This document shows, in pieces, positions 39,001-46,541 of a stretch of 64,000 nucleotides of DNA. The DNA lies in assembly GCA_023898465.1 (NCBI GenBank), contig CP060223.1, positions 480,001 through 544,000 of the forward strand. The letters are read 5' to 3'. The position numbers and the translations under genes are program-made. A model generated the notes under the pieces. The model did not search any database and was not told where the DNA came from. It worked only from the letters and a program-made list of their open reading frames with translations. Source of the DNA: Candidatus Nomurabacteria bacterium (GTDB lineage: Bacteria > Patescibacteriota > Patescibacteriia > HK-STAS-PATE-3). Position 1 is the first letter of the stretch. The number at the start of each line of letters is the position of its first letter.

Positions 39001-39258
39001 TTATACCACTTCGCGACGAACATAAAATAGACAACAAAGGGATACAGTCGCCGGAAACAAATATACCAAATCAAACCACCCTATTTGATCAGTGATAGTC
39101 AAAAAAATATTCAACAACATGAGTAGAGCAAGCATCCAGTAGGCCCACTTCTTTTTCAATCGTAATTGCCAAGTAAGTAAGAAGAGCGCAAAAGCATTTA
39201 CTAACGCAAAGCTAGAATAAAAGAAGCGGTAATCTGAGTCGCGAAATAACCAAAACAA
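39001..39258 (-). CDS. Small membrane protein (85 aa, 3 TM)
   Basis: ORF; hydrophobic. Confidence 0.35.
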   Translation of the reverse strand: MFWLFRDSDYRFFYSSFALVNAFALFLLTWQLRLKKKWAYWMLALLMLLNIFLTITDQIGWFDLVYLFPATVSLCCLFYVRREVV

Positions 39259-39391
39259 CGCAAAGCATACCCAGAAGGCCGCAATGCTATAGAGTAGTCG
39301 AATGGTAAAAGTGAAATAATTTATAGTCGAAGCATATTATTGATAAGTGGAAAGGAAAAGCCGCCGGTAAAGACCAACGGCTAGATGAAAT

Positions 39392-39877
39392 CTAGGCCGC
39401 TCGTTGCTCAGTCCTCAGGATAGCAGAAGCACGACGATACGCTTTGTCTCGCACCGCCTTTGGTACATCCTGCTCTCTTAAGGCACCTTGAATCGAGCCT
39501 AGCTGCACCTCATTCCCCTTACGATAAAAGGTGAGCACAAAGCCTTCAGCGCCTATTTCCACTCGACCATGTAGACGATCAACCTCCAGCACCTCGGTCT
39601 CTGCATCTTGTTCACCCATATGAGCCTCCTGGTCGGGAAAAAGCTCTTCTTGGATTGGTCGCATGTGTCTTTCACGCATATATATATTGTACGCCTCAAG
39701 CAGGAAAAGTAAAAGTAGTCTTGACGAGCCCAAGGCTCGGGGTTTATTATAGCGACACTTCTCAAGCCGACAGAGAAGTTGTCTCAGAATCCGTTTTGTC
39801 GGCACTCTCGCGTGAATGTTTCGCGGTTCATCGAGAGCGTAGAACGGCGATAGGCTGATGGGACCGATCCCACTCAA
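39392..39877 (-). CDS. Hypothetical protein (true start possibly the internal Met MRPIQEE)
   Basis: ORF only; a convergent + strand promoter-like TTGACG-17-TATTAT lies inside its 5' part (about 39721-39755), so gene boundaries are uncertain. Confidence 0.25.
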   Translation of the reverse strand: MSGIGPISLSPFYALDEPRNIHARVPTKRILRQLLCRLEKCRYNKPRALGSSRLLLLFLLEAYNIYMRERHMRPIQEELFPDQEAHMGEQDAETEVLEVDRLHGRVEIGAEGFVLTFYRKGNEVQLGSIQGALREQDVPKAVRDKAYRRASAILRTEQRAA

Positions 39878-40034
39878 AAGCCGAAAAAAAACGGGATCCT
39901 GCCCCAGGCATCAATACTTGTCGCCCGAATTCCAATCGGGAAACATAGATGCGCTGGGGCTCCATTTTTTTATAGATACCTAAAAGCCAGGAGCTGCCCT
40001 CTCCTGGCCTTTGAGGCTGAAAGGAGGAATGAGC

Positions 40035-41186
40035 CTAATTATCTATTTCAAAATCCCAGAGTGCTTGTACCTGCGACGCGCTTAGGCCGGTGCGTGTCGC
40101 AATCTCTTGAGCCAAACTTGAGGTGCTGGTATTTGCAGAGGTCCACTCATAGCGCTGTGTATCACCACGGCGGGCTTTAATTTCTGTGCCATCTTCACGT
40201 ACCCGGACTTCTATTTCCCATTGGGCTTCTTCTTCATCGCCGTGATCCTCTGAATCGTTTGAATTACTATTACTGTTATGTGAATTGGTATCATCATTCA
40301 CATTTCCTTCATGAGAGTTGGTTGCATCTACATGCGTATTCTTATTATCATTTCCATGATCATCATTGGTGTCAGAATGGTCATCACTGCTATTGGCATT
40401 TTGCAGATCTACACCATCATACTCAATTTTGATAGCTGCCCGAACTTGGGCTTCGCTTAAGCCTAAACGGTCGGTAACTGCTTTAATAATTTCTTCACGA
40501 TCAGTCGTAGTCAGGGTAAACTCACTGTGCTGATTTGCTACTTCAGCCTGAACAAAGGCTTGTGCACCAGCTACGTGCACTTCAATTTCAATTCGCTGAA
40601 GACTATGACTGTTTTGTGCGTCTTCAATCTCACGCAGTTTTACTTCAACGTTACTTAGCGTCGCTGCAGCATGCTCATTTTCTTTGGCTTCTAATTCATC
40701 GCGCACTTCAGCTACGGTTTGTTGCGCATTTTGCAGAGCGGAATTTACATGATCAGCAGCATCTCGAGCTAGTTGCTCCTTTTGCTCTTGCTCTAACTCA
40801 GCTAGCTCTTTTGCTCGCTCAGCTGCAATCTCAGCCTGGATGCGGAGTCGCGCCTCAGCTGAGGTGGCTAAATTTAAACGGACTTGCTCGACGGCTTGAT
40901 CAATACCAAAGAGCCAATCTCCTGGCTTGGCATTATTCGCTGCGAGGACAGTGCCGGTGCCGCTGCCTAATAACACGATAGCGATAAGGATGCTTGCAAT
41001 CATATTTTTGTGATTAAGGAAAAAACCTGATCGCTGCTTATATCGATCAGCTTCCGGGACTGTTACGCTCGATGCAGCCATACGCAAACGAGCCTCAATA
41101 CGTTCACGGGCAGCCGGAGATAAAGACTGAGAATGAGACATCTTTAACAGCTTGATAATTTCTTTTGATGAAAAATGTTTCGACAT
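40035..41186 (-). CDS. Putative anti-sigma factor (single TM, coiled-coil periplasmic part, low-complexity His/Asn/Asp-rich tail)
   Basis: Immediately downstream of, and co-oriented with, the ECF sigma gene; N-terminal cytoplasmic segment plus one TM helix; 383 aa. Confidence 0.5.
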   Translation of the reverse strand: MSKHFSSKEIIKLLKMSHSQSLSPAARERIEARLRMAASSVTVPEADRYKQRSGFFLNHKNMIASILIAIVLLGSGTGTVLAANNAKPGDWLFGIDQAVEQVRLNLATSAEARLRIQAEIAAERAKELAELEQEQKEQLARDAADHVNSALQNAQQTVAEVRDELEAKENEHAAATLSNVEVKLREIEDAQNSHSLQRIEIEVHVAGAQAFVQAEVANQHSEFTLTTTDREEIIKAVTDRLGLSEAQVRAAIKIEYDGVDLQNANSSDDHSDTNDDHGNDNKNTHVDATNSHEGNVNDDTNSHNSNSNSNDSEDHGDEEEAQWEIEVRVREDGTEIKARRGDTQRYEWTSANTSTSSLAQEIATRTGLSASQVQALWDFEIDN

Positions 41187-41190
41187 ATAT

Positions 41191-41736
41191 TTACGAATAA
41201 GAGAGTTGTTCCATTTCCTTGCGTAAGGCTTGCAAAGCCCTATGTTTCAATACGCGCACATTGAGAGCACTGATCTGCATTACTTTTGCCACTTCACTTA
41301 TACTTAGATCCTCTCGATAAAGCATATGGAGCAGAGTTGCGTAGCGTTCAGGAAGGCGGGTTAAGGCTGATTCCATTTCCCGCTCCATTATTACATCTGG
41401 CATCTCATCCGGATCACTTGATAAAGTATGACTCACGCTCTCAATATCAACCTGGGTGCGTTGGCCACGATAATGATCAATCAAGCGGAAACGGGCAATT
41501 TGAAAAAGCCAGGTAGAGAATTTTGCATGTTTCTGCTCCTTATATCGGGGCAATGAGCGAATCATTTCAAGAAAAACAGTTTGGGTTAAATCCTCAGCTG
41601 TTTCCTGACTACTGACCCGCATAAGCAAGAAACGGAACACCCGGTCTCCGAAAAGGTGGAAAAGTTCGGCCACCCCTTCTTGATCCCCTTGTTGCGCTCT
41701 GGCGACGATTTCCTGTACTTGGCTTTCGTGTTGCAT
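41191..41736 (-). CDS. ECF-type RNA polymerase sigma-70 family factor
   Basis: Region 2 DLTQTVFLEMIRSLPRYKEQKHAKFSTWLFQIARFRLIDHYR; region 4 DLSISEVAKVMQISALNVRVLKHRALQALR. Confidence 0.85.
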   Translation of the reverse strand: MQHESQVQEIVARAQQGDQEGVAELFHLFGDRVFRFLLMRVSSQETAEDLTQTVFLEMIRSLPRYKEQKHAKFSTWLFQIARFRLIDHYRGQRTQVDIESVSHTLSSDPDEMPDVIMEREMESALTRLPERYATLLHMLYREDLSISEVAKVMQISALNVRVLKHRALQALRKEMEQLSYS

Positions 41737-41798
41737 AGCGTATATTAGTATATCGGAAATAGGATTATTTTGTTACATCTACCAAGAAATGCTATTAC

Positions 41799-41827
41799 TT
41801 GACATTTTTTCATATCTAGTCTAGTAT
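41799..41827 (+). promoter_or_regulatory. Sigma-70-like promoter (TTGACA-17 nt-TAGTAT) driving a + strand transcript with no ORF
   Basis: Seen in sequence; predicted TSS about 41834. Confidence 0.45.
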
Positions 41828-41833
41828 ATGCAC

Positions 41834-42192
41834 TCGATGTTCATTAGAAATGAGAGAGAGGCGGGATGAGATAGGTGTCCCCCCAGACACCTCGCTACCT
41901 TCATACAGCGGTAGTTGCATCATCCCACTGCCCGAAGCGGCTCCCCACCCTTGTTACTACTTGTACTGGCTTCATCCCTAAGGATCCCCCGCCAGTCTGG
42001 TGCTGACATGTTCGGCGTCATATCCTTATGGTCTATTGGCTGCAAAGCTGATCACCTTTTGTGATGATGACTCACCGATGCTTCGGCTCAGATGCCTCTC
42101 TCTCCACCTACGCCTGCGCACCTGAGCACTCCCCCAGGCTCACTGCGCATGTGCCCCCGTCGTGTCGTTGTACCGACGGGGGTGCTTTTTTA
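41834..42192 (+). ncRNA. Candidate structured ncRNA of about 360 nt, GC-rich, unknown family
   Basis: No ORF of 60 aa or more in any frame across about 500 nt despite high GC. Hairpins GGTGTC-CCCCCA-GACACC, GC-UUCG-GC tetraloop, long-range GGGATGA/TCATCCC pairing. Ends in a canonical intrinsic terminator. Confidence 0.35.
42152..42192 (+). terminator. Intrinsic terminator CCCCCGTCG...CGACGGGGG followed by T6
   Basis: Seen in sequence. Confidence 0.7.
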
Positions 42193-42226
42193 TAAAAAGA
42201 AATCCCCAGGCCGATTGGTCTGGGGA
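42192..42226 (-). terminator. Intrinsic terminator for the minus-strand gene at 42233 (CCCCAG...CTGGGG followed by a T-run on the minus strand)
   Basis: Seen in sequence; back-to-back with the + strand terminator. Confidence 0.6.
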
Positions 42227-42232
42227 TGAGAA

Positions 42233-42679
42233 CTAGAACTGTTGTGCTGAACGCATCCGATGAAGCGTGCTACACACCAGTCCAATACCAGAGCGACGCT
42301 CTACACAGAACTGATACACCCGTTGCGCCGCCATGAGCTTTTCATAGAGCGCCTGACCATGCTTAGTGGCTAGTTCGTTTCGCATCTCCCGGTCTAGACC
42401 TTGGTAATACGAACCAAGCAGCAGATAGCGCACTAGAAGCCACCCCAGTAACCCGGAGCTGAGCAGCATCGCTGTTAAAGCACCGGGCAGAGTCAGATAC
42501 CCGAGCAAATCCTCCAGTCTTGCCCAGTAGTACACTGCAACAAGCTCAAATAGCAGAAACGCTAGCGTGGCTATAGTTGACCCTATCCGGATAAACAGGC
42601 GCCACCTTTTCACTCTCTCGCACAACTCTAGAATCTCTTCTTCTTGAACACTGAGTTGCGCGTAGAGGAAATTCGACAT
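42233..42679 (-). CDS. Hypothetical membrane protein (GC-rich; start probably MSNFLYAQ)
   Basis: Two or three TM helices; GC content like the adjacent ncRNA region rather than the flanking genes. Confidence 0.4.
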   Translation of the reverse strand: MSNFLYAQLSVQEEEILELCERVKRWRLFIRIGSTIATLAFLLFELVAVYYWARLEDLLGYLTLPGALTAMLLSSGLLGWLLVRYLLLGSYYQGLDREMRNELATKHGQALYEKLMAAQRVYQFCVERRSGIGLVCSTLHRMRSAQQF

Positions 42680-42745
42680 ATGCACCTCCCTCTTGCATAC
42701 CCAAAAGCAGTCTACACCCGCTGCACTGCAGGTCAAGCATTCAGG

Positions 42746-43528
42746 TTAAGGCCGGAGAGTACCGGAAAACATTTGCCAGGCTAGAGCTGATTTCGCCACC
42801 AGGGACAAAATCATATAGGCCTTTTCACCGTAGAGATAGTCCTGCCATTTCCCTATCTTCTTATACTGCAGGACCATGTTAATCGCGAAGATGTTAAAGG
42901 TGACAAAGATGGTGGCCACAATGAAATAAACAAAGGTAGGAATCTCCACTCCGGTCGACTGTACCGCGCCAATGAAGAAAGCAACAATGACCAGCCAGGG
43001 AATTAAGCCAGCCAAAACTCCTATCCAGTACGAAAGCCAATTCGTATGCTTGGTCGTCTGATTATGTACTTCCATCATCAAGCCCATGAGATTCATAATC
43101 GCATTCAAGGCAAACAGCGAAATGAGTAGCCAAAGATCGTACACACCACAAAGCATGGCAATAACTACAATCATAACTGACGAGGATAAGGCATACTCAG
43201 CCCAACGCAGCTTGTTGATGCCCTTTTTCAAATTCTCCTCATACCATTCCCGCAAAGGTCCGGCTAGAAGGAAATGCGCAAAAGCAGAAAGGAAGAGAAA
43301 GACCGCTACGGTGGGGCCTAAGCGTAAGTCAAACAAATGCTCAGGAAGTGGAGCTACACCAAAAACTGGATTATTTGGATCGATTTTCAGGTATGAAGTA
43401 ACAACTGGTAAAGATGAATTATTGCTTATCAAAACCATAATGACGCCTTGCACGAAGTGAAGGGCGGCCATTGACCAATTCCAGACTTGTAGTTTTTTTA
43501 ACTGCTCTTTTTGACTACGCATTTTCAT
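42746..43528 (-). CDS. Heliorhodopsin (7TM retinal protein with inverted topology)
   Basis: Strong similarity to heliorhodopsin 48C12 as recalled: LQVWNWSMAALHFVQG..., RWAEYALSSSVMIVVIA (counterion Glu), IPWLVIV, and C-terminal YLYGEKAYMILSLVAKSALAWQMFSG with the Schiff-base Lys. Both conserved His (LHFVQ, FAHFLL) are present; 260 aa. Confidence 0.9.
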   Translation of the reverse strand: MKMRSQKEQLKKLQVWNWSMAALHFVQGVIMVLISNNSSLPVVTSYLKIDPNNPVFGVAPLPEHLFDLRLGPTVAVFLFLSAFAHFLLAGPLREWYEENLKKGINKLRWAEYALSSSVMIVVIAMLCGVYDLWLLISLFALNAIMNLMGLMMEVHNQTTKHTNWLSYWIGVLAGLIPWLVIVAFFIGAVQSTGVEIPTFVYFIVATIFVTFNIFAINMVLQYKKIGKWQDYLYGEKAYMILSLVAKSALAWQMFSGTLRP

Positions 43529-43546
43529 ACCCCCCCCTTTTTTTCT

Positions 43547-43885
43547 TTACTTAAACCGTTTGCCTAGCCACGCGCCAATCCAAACGGCAAAAAGAATAAT
43601 ACCAAAAAGAATAAGTTGCCACAACCATTGTTCGCTTTCACGCCATAGCATTAGTAGCACGAATAGTGCAGCTGGTACTAGCCAAATACCCGTCCACGCT
43701 TTCCAAAGTGATGGAAACGCAAAAGTAAAGCCAGCGCTAAAAAGCAAGTACACTGCAAAAATTATTGCTCCAGCAACTATGTAATCATTTATCCCGGCGC
43801 TATCAGAAAAAAGCACATTCAGGACGAGAAAAAATCCAAAGAGGCAGCTAAGTAGACAGGCAAGGATAATCAAAAACGTACGCAT
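43547..43885 (-). CDS. Small 4-TM membrane protein, 18 nt upstream of and co-directional with the heliorhodopsin gene (likely co-transcribed)
   Basis: 112 aa, four hydrophobic helices; 18-nt spacing to the heliorhodopsin start. Confidence 0.5.
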   Translation of the reverse strand: MRTFLIILACLLSCLFGFFLVLNVLFSDSAGINDYIVAGAIIFAVYLLFSAGFTFAFPSLWKAWTGIWLVPAALFVLLMLWRESEQWLWQLILFGIILFAVWIGAWLGKRFK

Positions 43886-43925
43886 ATACTAAAGTATATC
43901 ACTTGCCTCGGTCTTTGCGTAGTAC

Positions 43926-45614
43926 TTACTTAGGCTCTGCTACTGGATCTGTAAGCGACGCTCCTGCTGCTGCCATCTCTTCGTGTTCAGCGTCTCTAGG
44001 TAAGAAGAAGGATGCAATGAGGGTGAGTAAGGTAAAAGCAGCTGCGTAATTCATCACATCTTTGTTTGAATCAACGATTGCCTCGTACTGTAGACGGGAT
44101 AACTGCGGCAGCAGTTCAGCTGGGATGTTAGAGGTATCACCCGGTTCAGCGTTACCGAAAGTACGAGCCTGCTCCTCAATCGCTTCAATCAACTGAGGCT
44201 TCATTGCCTCAGGGATATTTACCAAGTCCTGGACGCCTGTTTCAACATGAGAGAGTAAGGAGCTTAAGAGAATCGTCCCAATAATAGCCGTACCAAGTGC
44301 CTGGCCCACAGTACGGAAGGTGGTATTTAAACCTGACGCTTGGCCAGAAAACTGCAGTGGAATAGTGGCTAAAGTAAGATTGGTAATCTGGGACATGATT
44401 AATCCAAAACCAAAGCCATACAAGGCAAGACCGGGAATCAAATCCCATTGACTCATATCAACTGAGAACTCGCTCTTGAGCACAAAAGCACTGATGAAAG
44501 AGATGAGAATGCCGAGCTGAATAATGTAGCGAGCGTGGAAGCGACCAGTGAAACGTGAGAAAAGCCCAGCGGCGATAAACAAGGCGATCGACATCGGCAT
44601 CAATGCTAGGCCCGTATCAAAGGCGCTTAAACCCAAAATAGCCTGTAGTAAAACTGGAATGGTAAAGAAGATGCCAGATTGAGCTAATACGAGAATGGTC
44701 AATGTCACAATGCCAGTGGAAAAAGCTCGATTCTGCAATATCACTGGATTCATAAGGGGCACTAAACCATCTGCACGTTGTGAACGATGTAAGCGTCGCT
44801 GCCAAAAACCAAAAAAGATGAGTATGAGCACGCCAAGGGCTACTGCTATTGGGGTAATGGAAAGGTCAAAAGGATGTATAGCAATATCGCCCATAGAATA
44901 AATCTCTTTTGCCTTCCACCAACCGTACTGACTTGCTTCCAAGAGGCCAAACACCACCGAACCAAGACCAAACGCTGACAGGATGGCGCCTAAATAATCA
45001 AGCTTCTCGCGTGAAGCATCATGCGTGCGTGGATCACGAATATAGCGAGCCAGAGCGAGAATAACTATGACAATAATCACCTCAGTAGCAAAAGCCCAGC
45101 GCCAGCTAAAATGCGTAGTCATATAACCGCCGAATAGTGGTCCAAGTGCTGCAGTCGCGCCAGCGGTGCCGCCCCAGATGCCGAAGGCAATGCGCAAATC
45201 CCTGCCGCGGTAATTCGCCAAAATAAGCGAAACAGTAGCTGGCATCATCAATGCCGCTCCAATGCCCTCAATAATTGACCAGCCTAATATCAACACATTT
45301 ACGTTCGGACTGAGTGCGGCAGTGATAGTGCCGGTCGCATACACCACTACGCCGATAAGGAAAAGCTTTTTGCGGCCATACATATCACCTATTCTGCCAC
45401 CAGTGAGCATAAAGGCTGCCATAACAAGAGAATAGATGGTGATGGCCCACTGCACATTTCGCAAGCTTGTACCGAGATCATGCACAACGTTTCGAATAGA
45501 AACATTAAGCATGGTGGTATCAAAGATGATAATCACCAAAGCAAGGCTAAGTACAACTACTAGGCCCCACTTCTGGAACCAAGCGCGAATAGGATGTGAA
45601 GTATTTGTTTCCAT
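43926..45614 (-). CDS. MFS transporter, 14-TM DHA2-like drug:H+ antiporter family
   Basis: Approximately 14 hydrophobic helices; MFS motif-A-like GRIGDMYGRKK; start probably the internal Met. Confidence 0.75.
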   Translation of the reverse strand: METNTSHPIRAWFQKWGLVVVLSLALVIIIFDTTMLNVSIRNVVHDLGTSLRNVQWAITIYSLVMAAFMLTGGRIGDMYGRKKLFLIGVVVYATGTITAALSPNVNVLILGWSIIEGIGAALMMPATVSLILANYRGRDLRIAFGIWGGTAGATAALGPLFGGYMTTHFSWRWAFATEVIIVIVILALARYIRDPRTHDASREKLDYLGAILSAFGLGSVVFGLLEASQYGWWKAKEIYSMGDIAIHPFDLSITPIAVALGVLILIFFGFWQRRLHRSQRADGLVPLMNPVILQNRAFSTGIVTLTILVLAQSGIFFTIPVLLQAILGLSAFDTGLALMPMSIALFIAAGLFSRFTGRFHARYIIQLGILISFISAFVLKSEFSVDMSQWDLIPGLALYGFGFGLIMSQITNLTLATIPLQFSGQASGLNTTFRTVGQALGTAIIGTILLSSLLSHVETGVQDLVNIPEAMKPQLIEAIEEQARTFGNAEPGDTSNIPAELLPQLSRLQYEAIVDSNKDVMNYAAAFTLLTLIASFFLPRDAEHEEMAAAGASLTDPVAEPK

Positions 45615-45715
45615 AATTGCAAAAAAATGAATGGCCGTACTCACCCGGAGCACTCCCGGATAATAACGTAACGTCAAGTATACTCGCCGCTCAATAACTT
45701 GTCGAGACTACGGCA

Positions 45716-46222
45716 TCATATCTTCCGAGCGTCATAGGCCCAGTGTAGCAGCGCCTGACGTTGCCGACGGCGACAAGCCATATCACGAGGCGCGCAATAC
45801 TTCTTGATTTGACCAACGTGACGACGAATAGCTTTCCAGCGCTTTATTTGACGCTCATCCTCCCTGGGAATACGACGGCCTGAATAATAGCGACAGTACC
45901 ATTGAAACCAACCTCGTGGATCCTCTGGATAAATCCAGCCTTTGCGCTGCCACTCTGCTAAAGATTGACTAGCGTCGACAGCAAAGAAATTGAGGTGGGG
46001 ATTATGGGTGGAGGATAATCGTGCGCCGCGAAACCATGAAGCGGGAAATTCTTTTTGACAATCATTGAGGTACTTACCCCCAAAAACACCTAGTCGCAGC
46101 ATCTGCGCAGGACTTAATTCAGGCGTAAACTCTGGAGCAAAGTTTCGGCCAGGCGCTTCTGTCCGGTAGTATGTGTAGGCCTGCTGAAAGCTATCGTTTA
46201 CTTTAACTTTTTTCTTCATAAT
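45716..46222 (-). CDS. Hypothetical basic, Cys/Trp-rich protein
   Basis: ORF; no recognised motif. Confidence 0.35.
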   Translation of the reverse strand: MMKKKVKVNDSFQQAYTYYRTEAPGRNFAPEFTPELSPAQMLRLGVFGGKYLNDCQKEFPASWFRGARLSSTHNPHLNFFAVDASQSLAEWQRKGWIYPEDPRGWFQWYCRYYSGRRIPREDERQIKRWKAIRRHVGQIKKYCAPRDMACRRRQRQALLHWAYDARKI

Positions 46223-46541
46223 CCCCTGTTGAAGCTTGCCGCACCCAGCGCTGCTCAATATAGAGCACTCGCCACCACCATCGCCCTAAGAAATACCCAC
46301 CAATCGCTCCAAGTAGTAACAAGCCAATTTGAATGTATGGTGGAAGCGCACATCCCCAGGTCCAATGTATAACCTGTCCATTTTTCTCAGCCCAGCTTAA
46401 ATACCACTGCTCAATTCCTAAATGTAACAGCAAACTTAACAGCACGCCGAACACAGTAGCGCTAATGAGATAAAGTGCATGTTTGAACGGGGTTGCTTTA
46501 AGTGGTCCGCGATGAAACATATTTAGAAAAGATTTAACCAA
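46203..46541 (-). CDS. Small membrane protein (112 aa)
   Basis: Two or three TM helices; overlaps neighbours by a few nt on both sides (operon-like). Confidence 0.4.
   Translation of the reverse strand: MVKSFLNMFHRGPLKATPFKHALYLISATVFGVLLSLLLHLGIEQWYLSWAEKNGQVIHWTWGCALPPYIQIGLLLLGAIGGYFLGRWWWRVLYIEQRWVRQASTGDYEEKS

Noticed and set aside
40535-40981. 148-aa + strand ORF antisense to the anti-sigma factor gene
   Set aside because: Leu/Gln/Arg-rich translation typical of the antisense of a coiled-coil coding region; no RBS.
41834-42192. Candidate ncRNA as RNase P RNA, tmRNA or SRP RNA
   Set aside because: The universally conserved RNase P P4 sequence (GGAAAGUCC/ACAGAA), tmRNA tRNA-like termini with UUCGAC, and the SRP domain IV motif were not found by eye, so the family is left unassigned rather than named.
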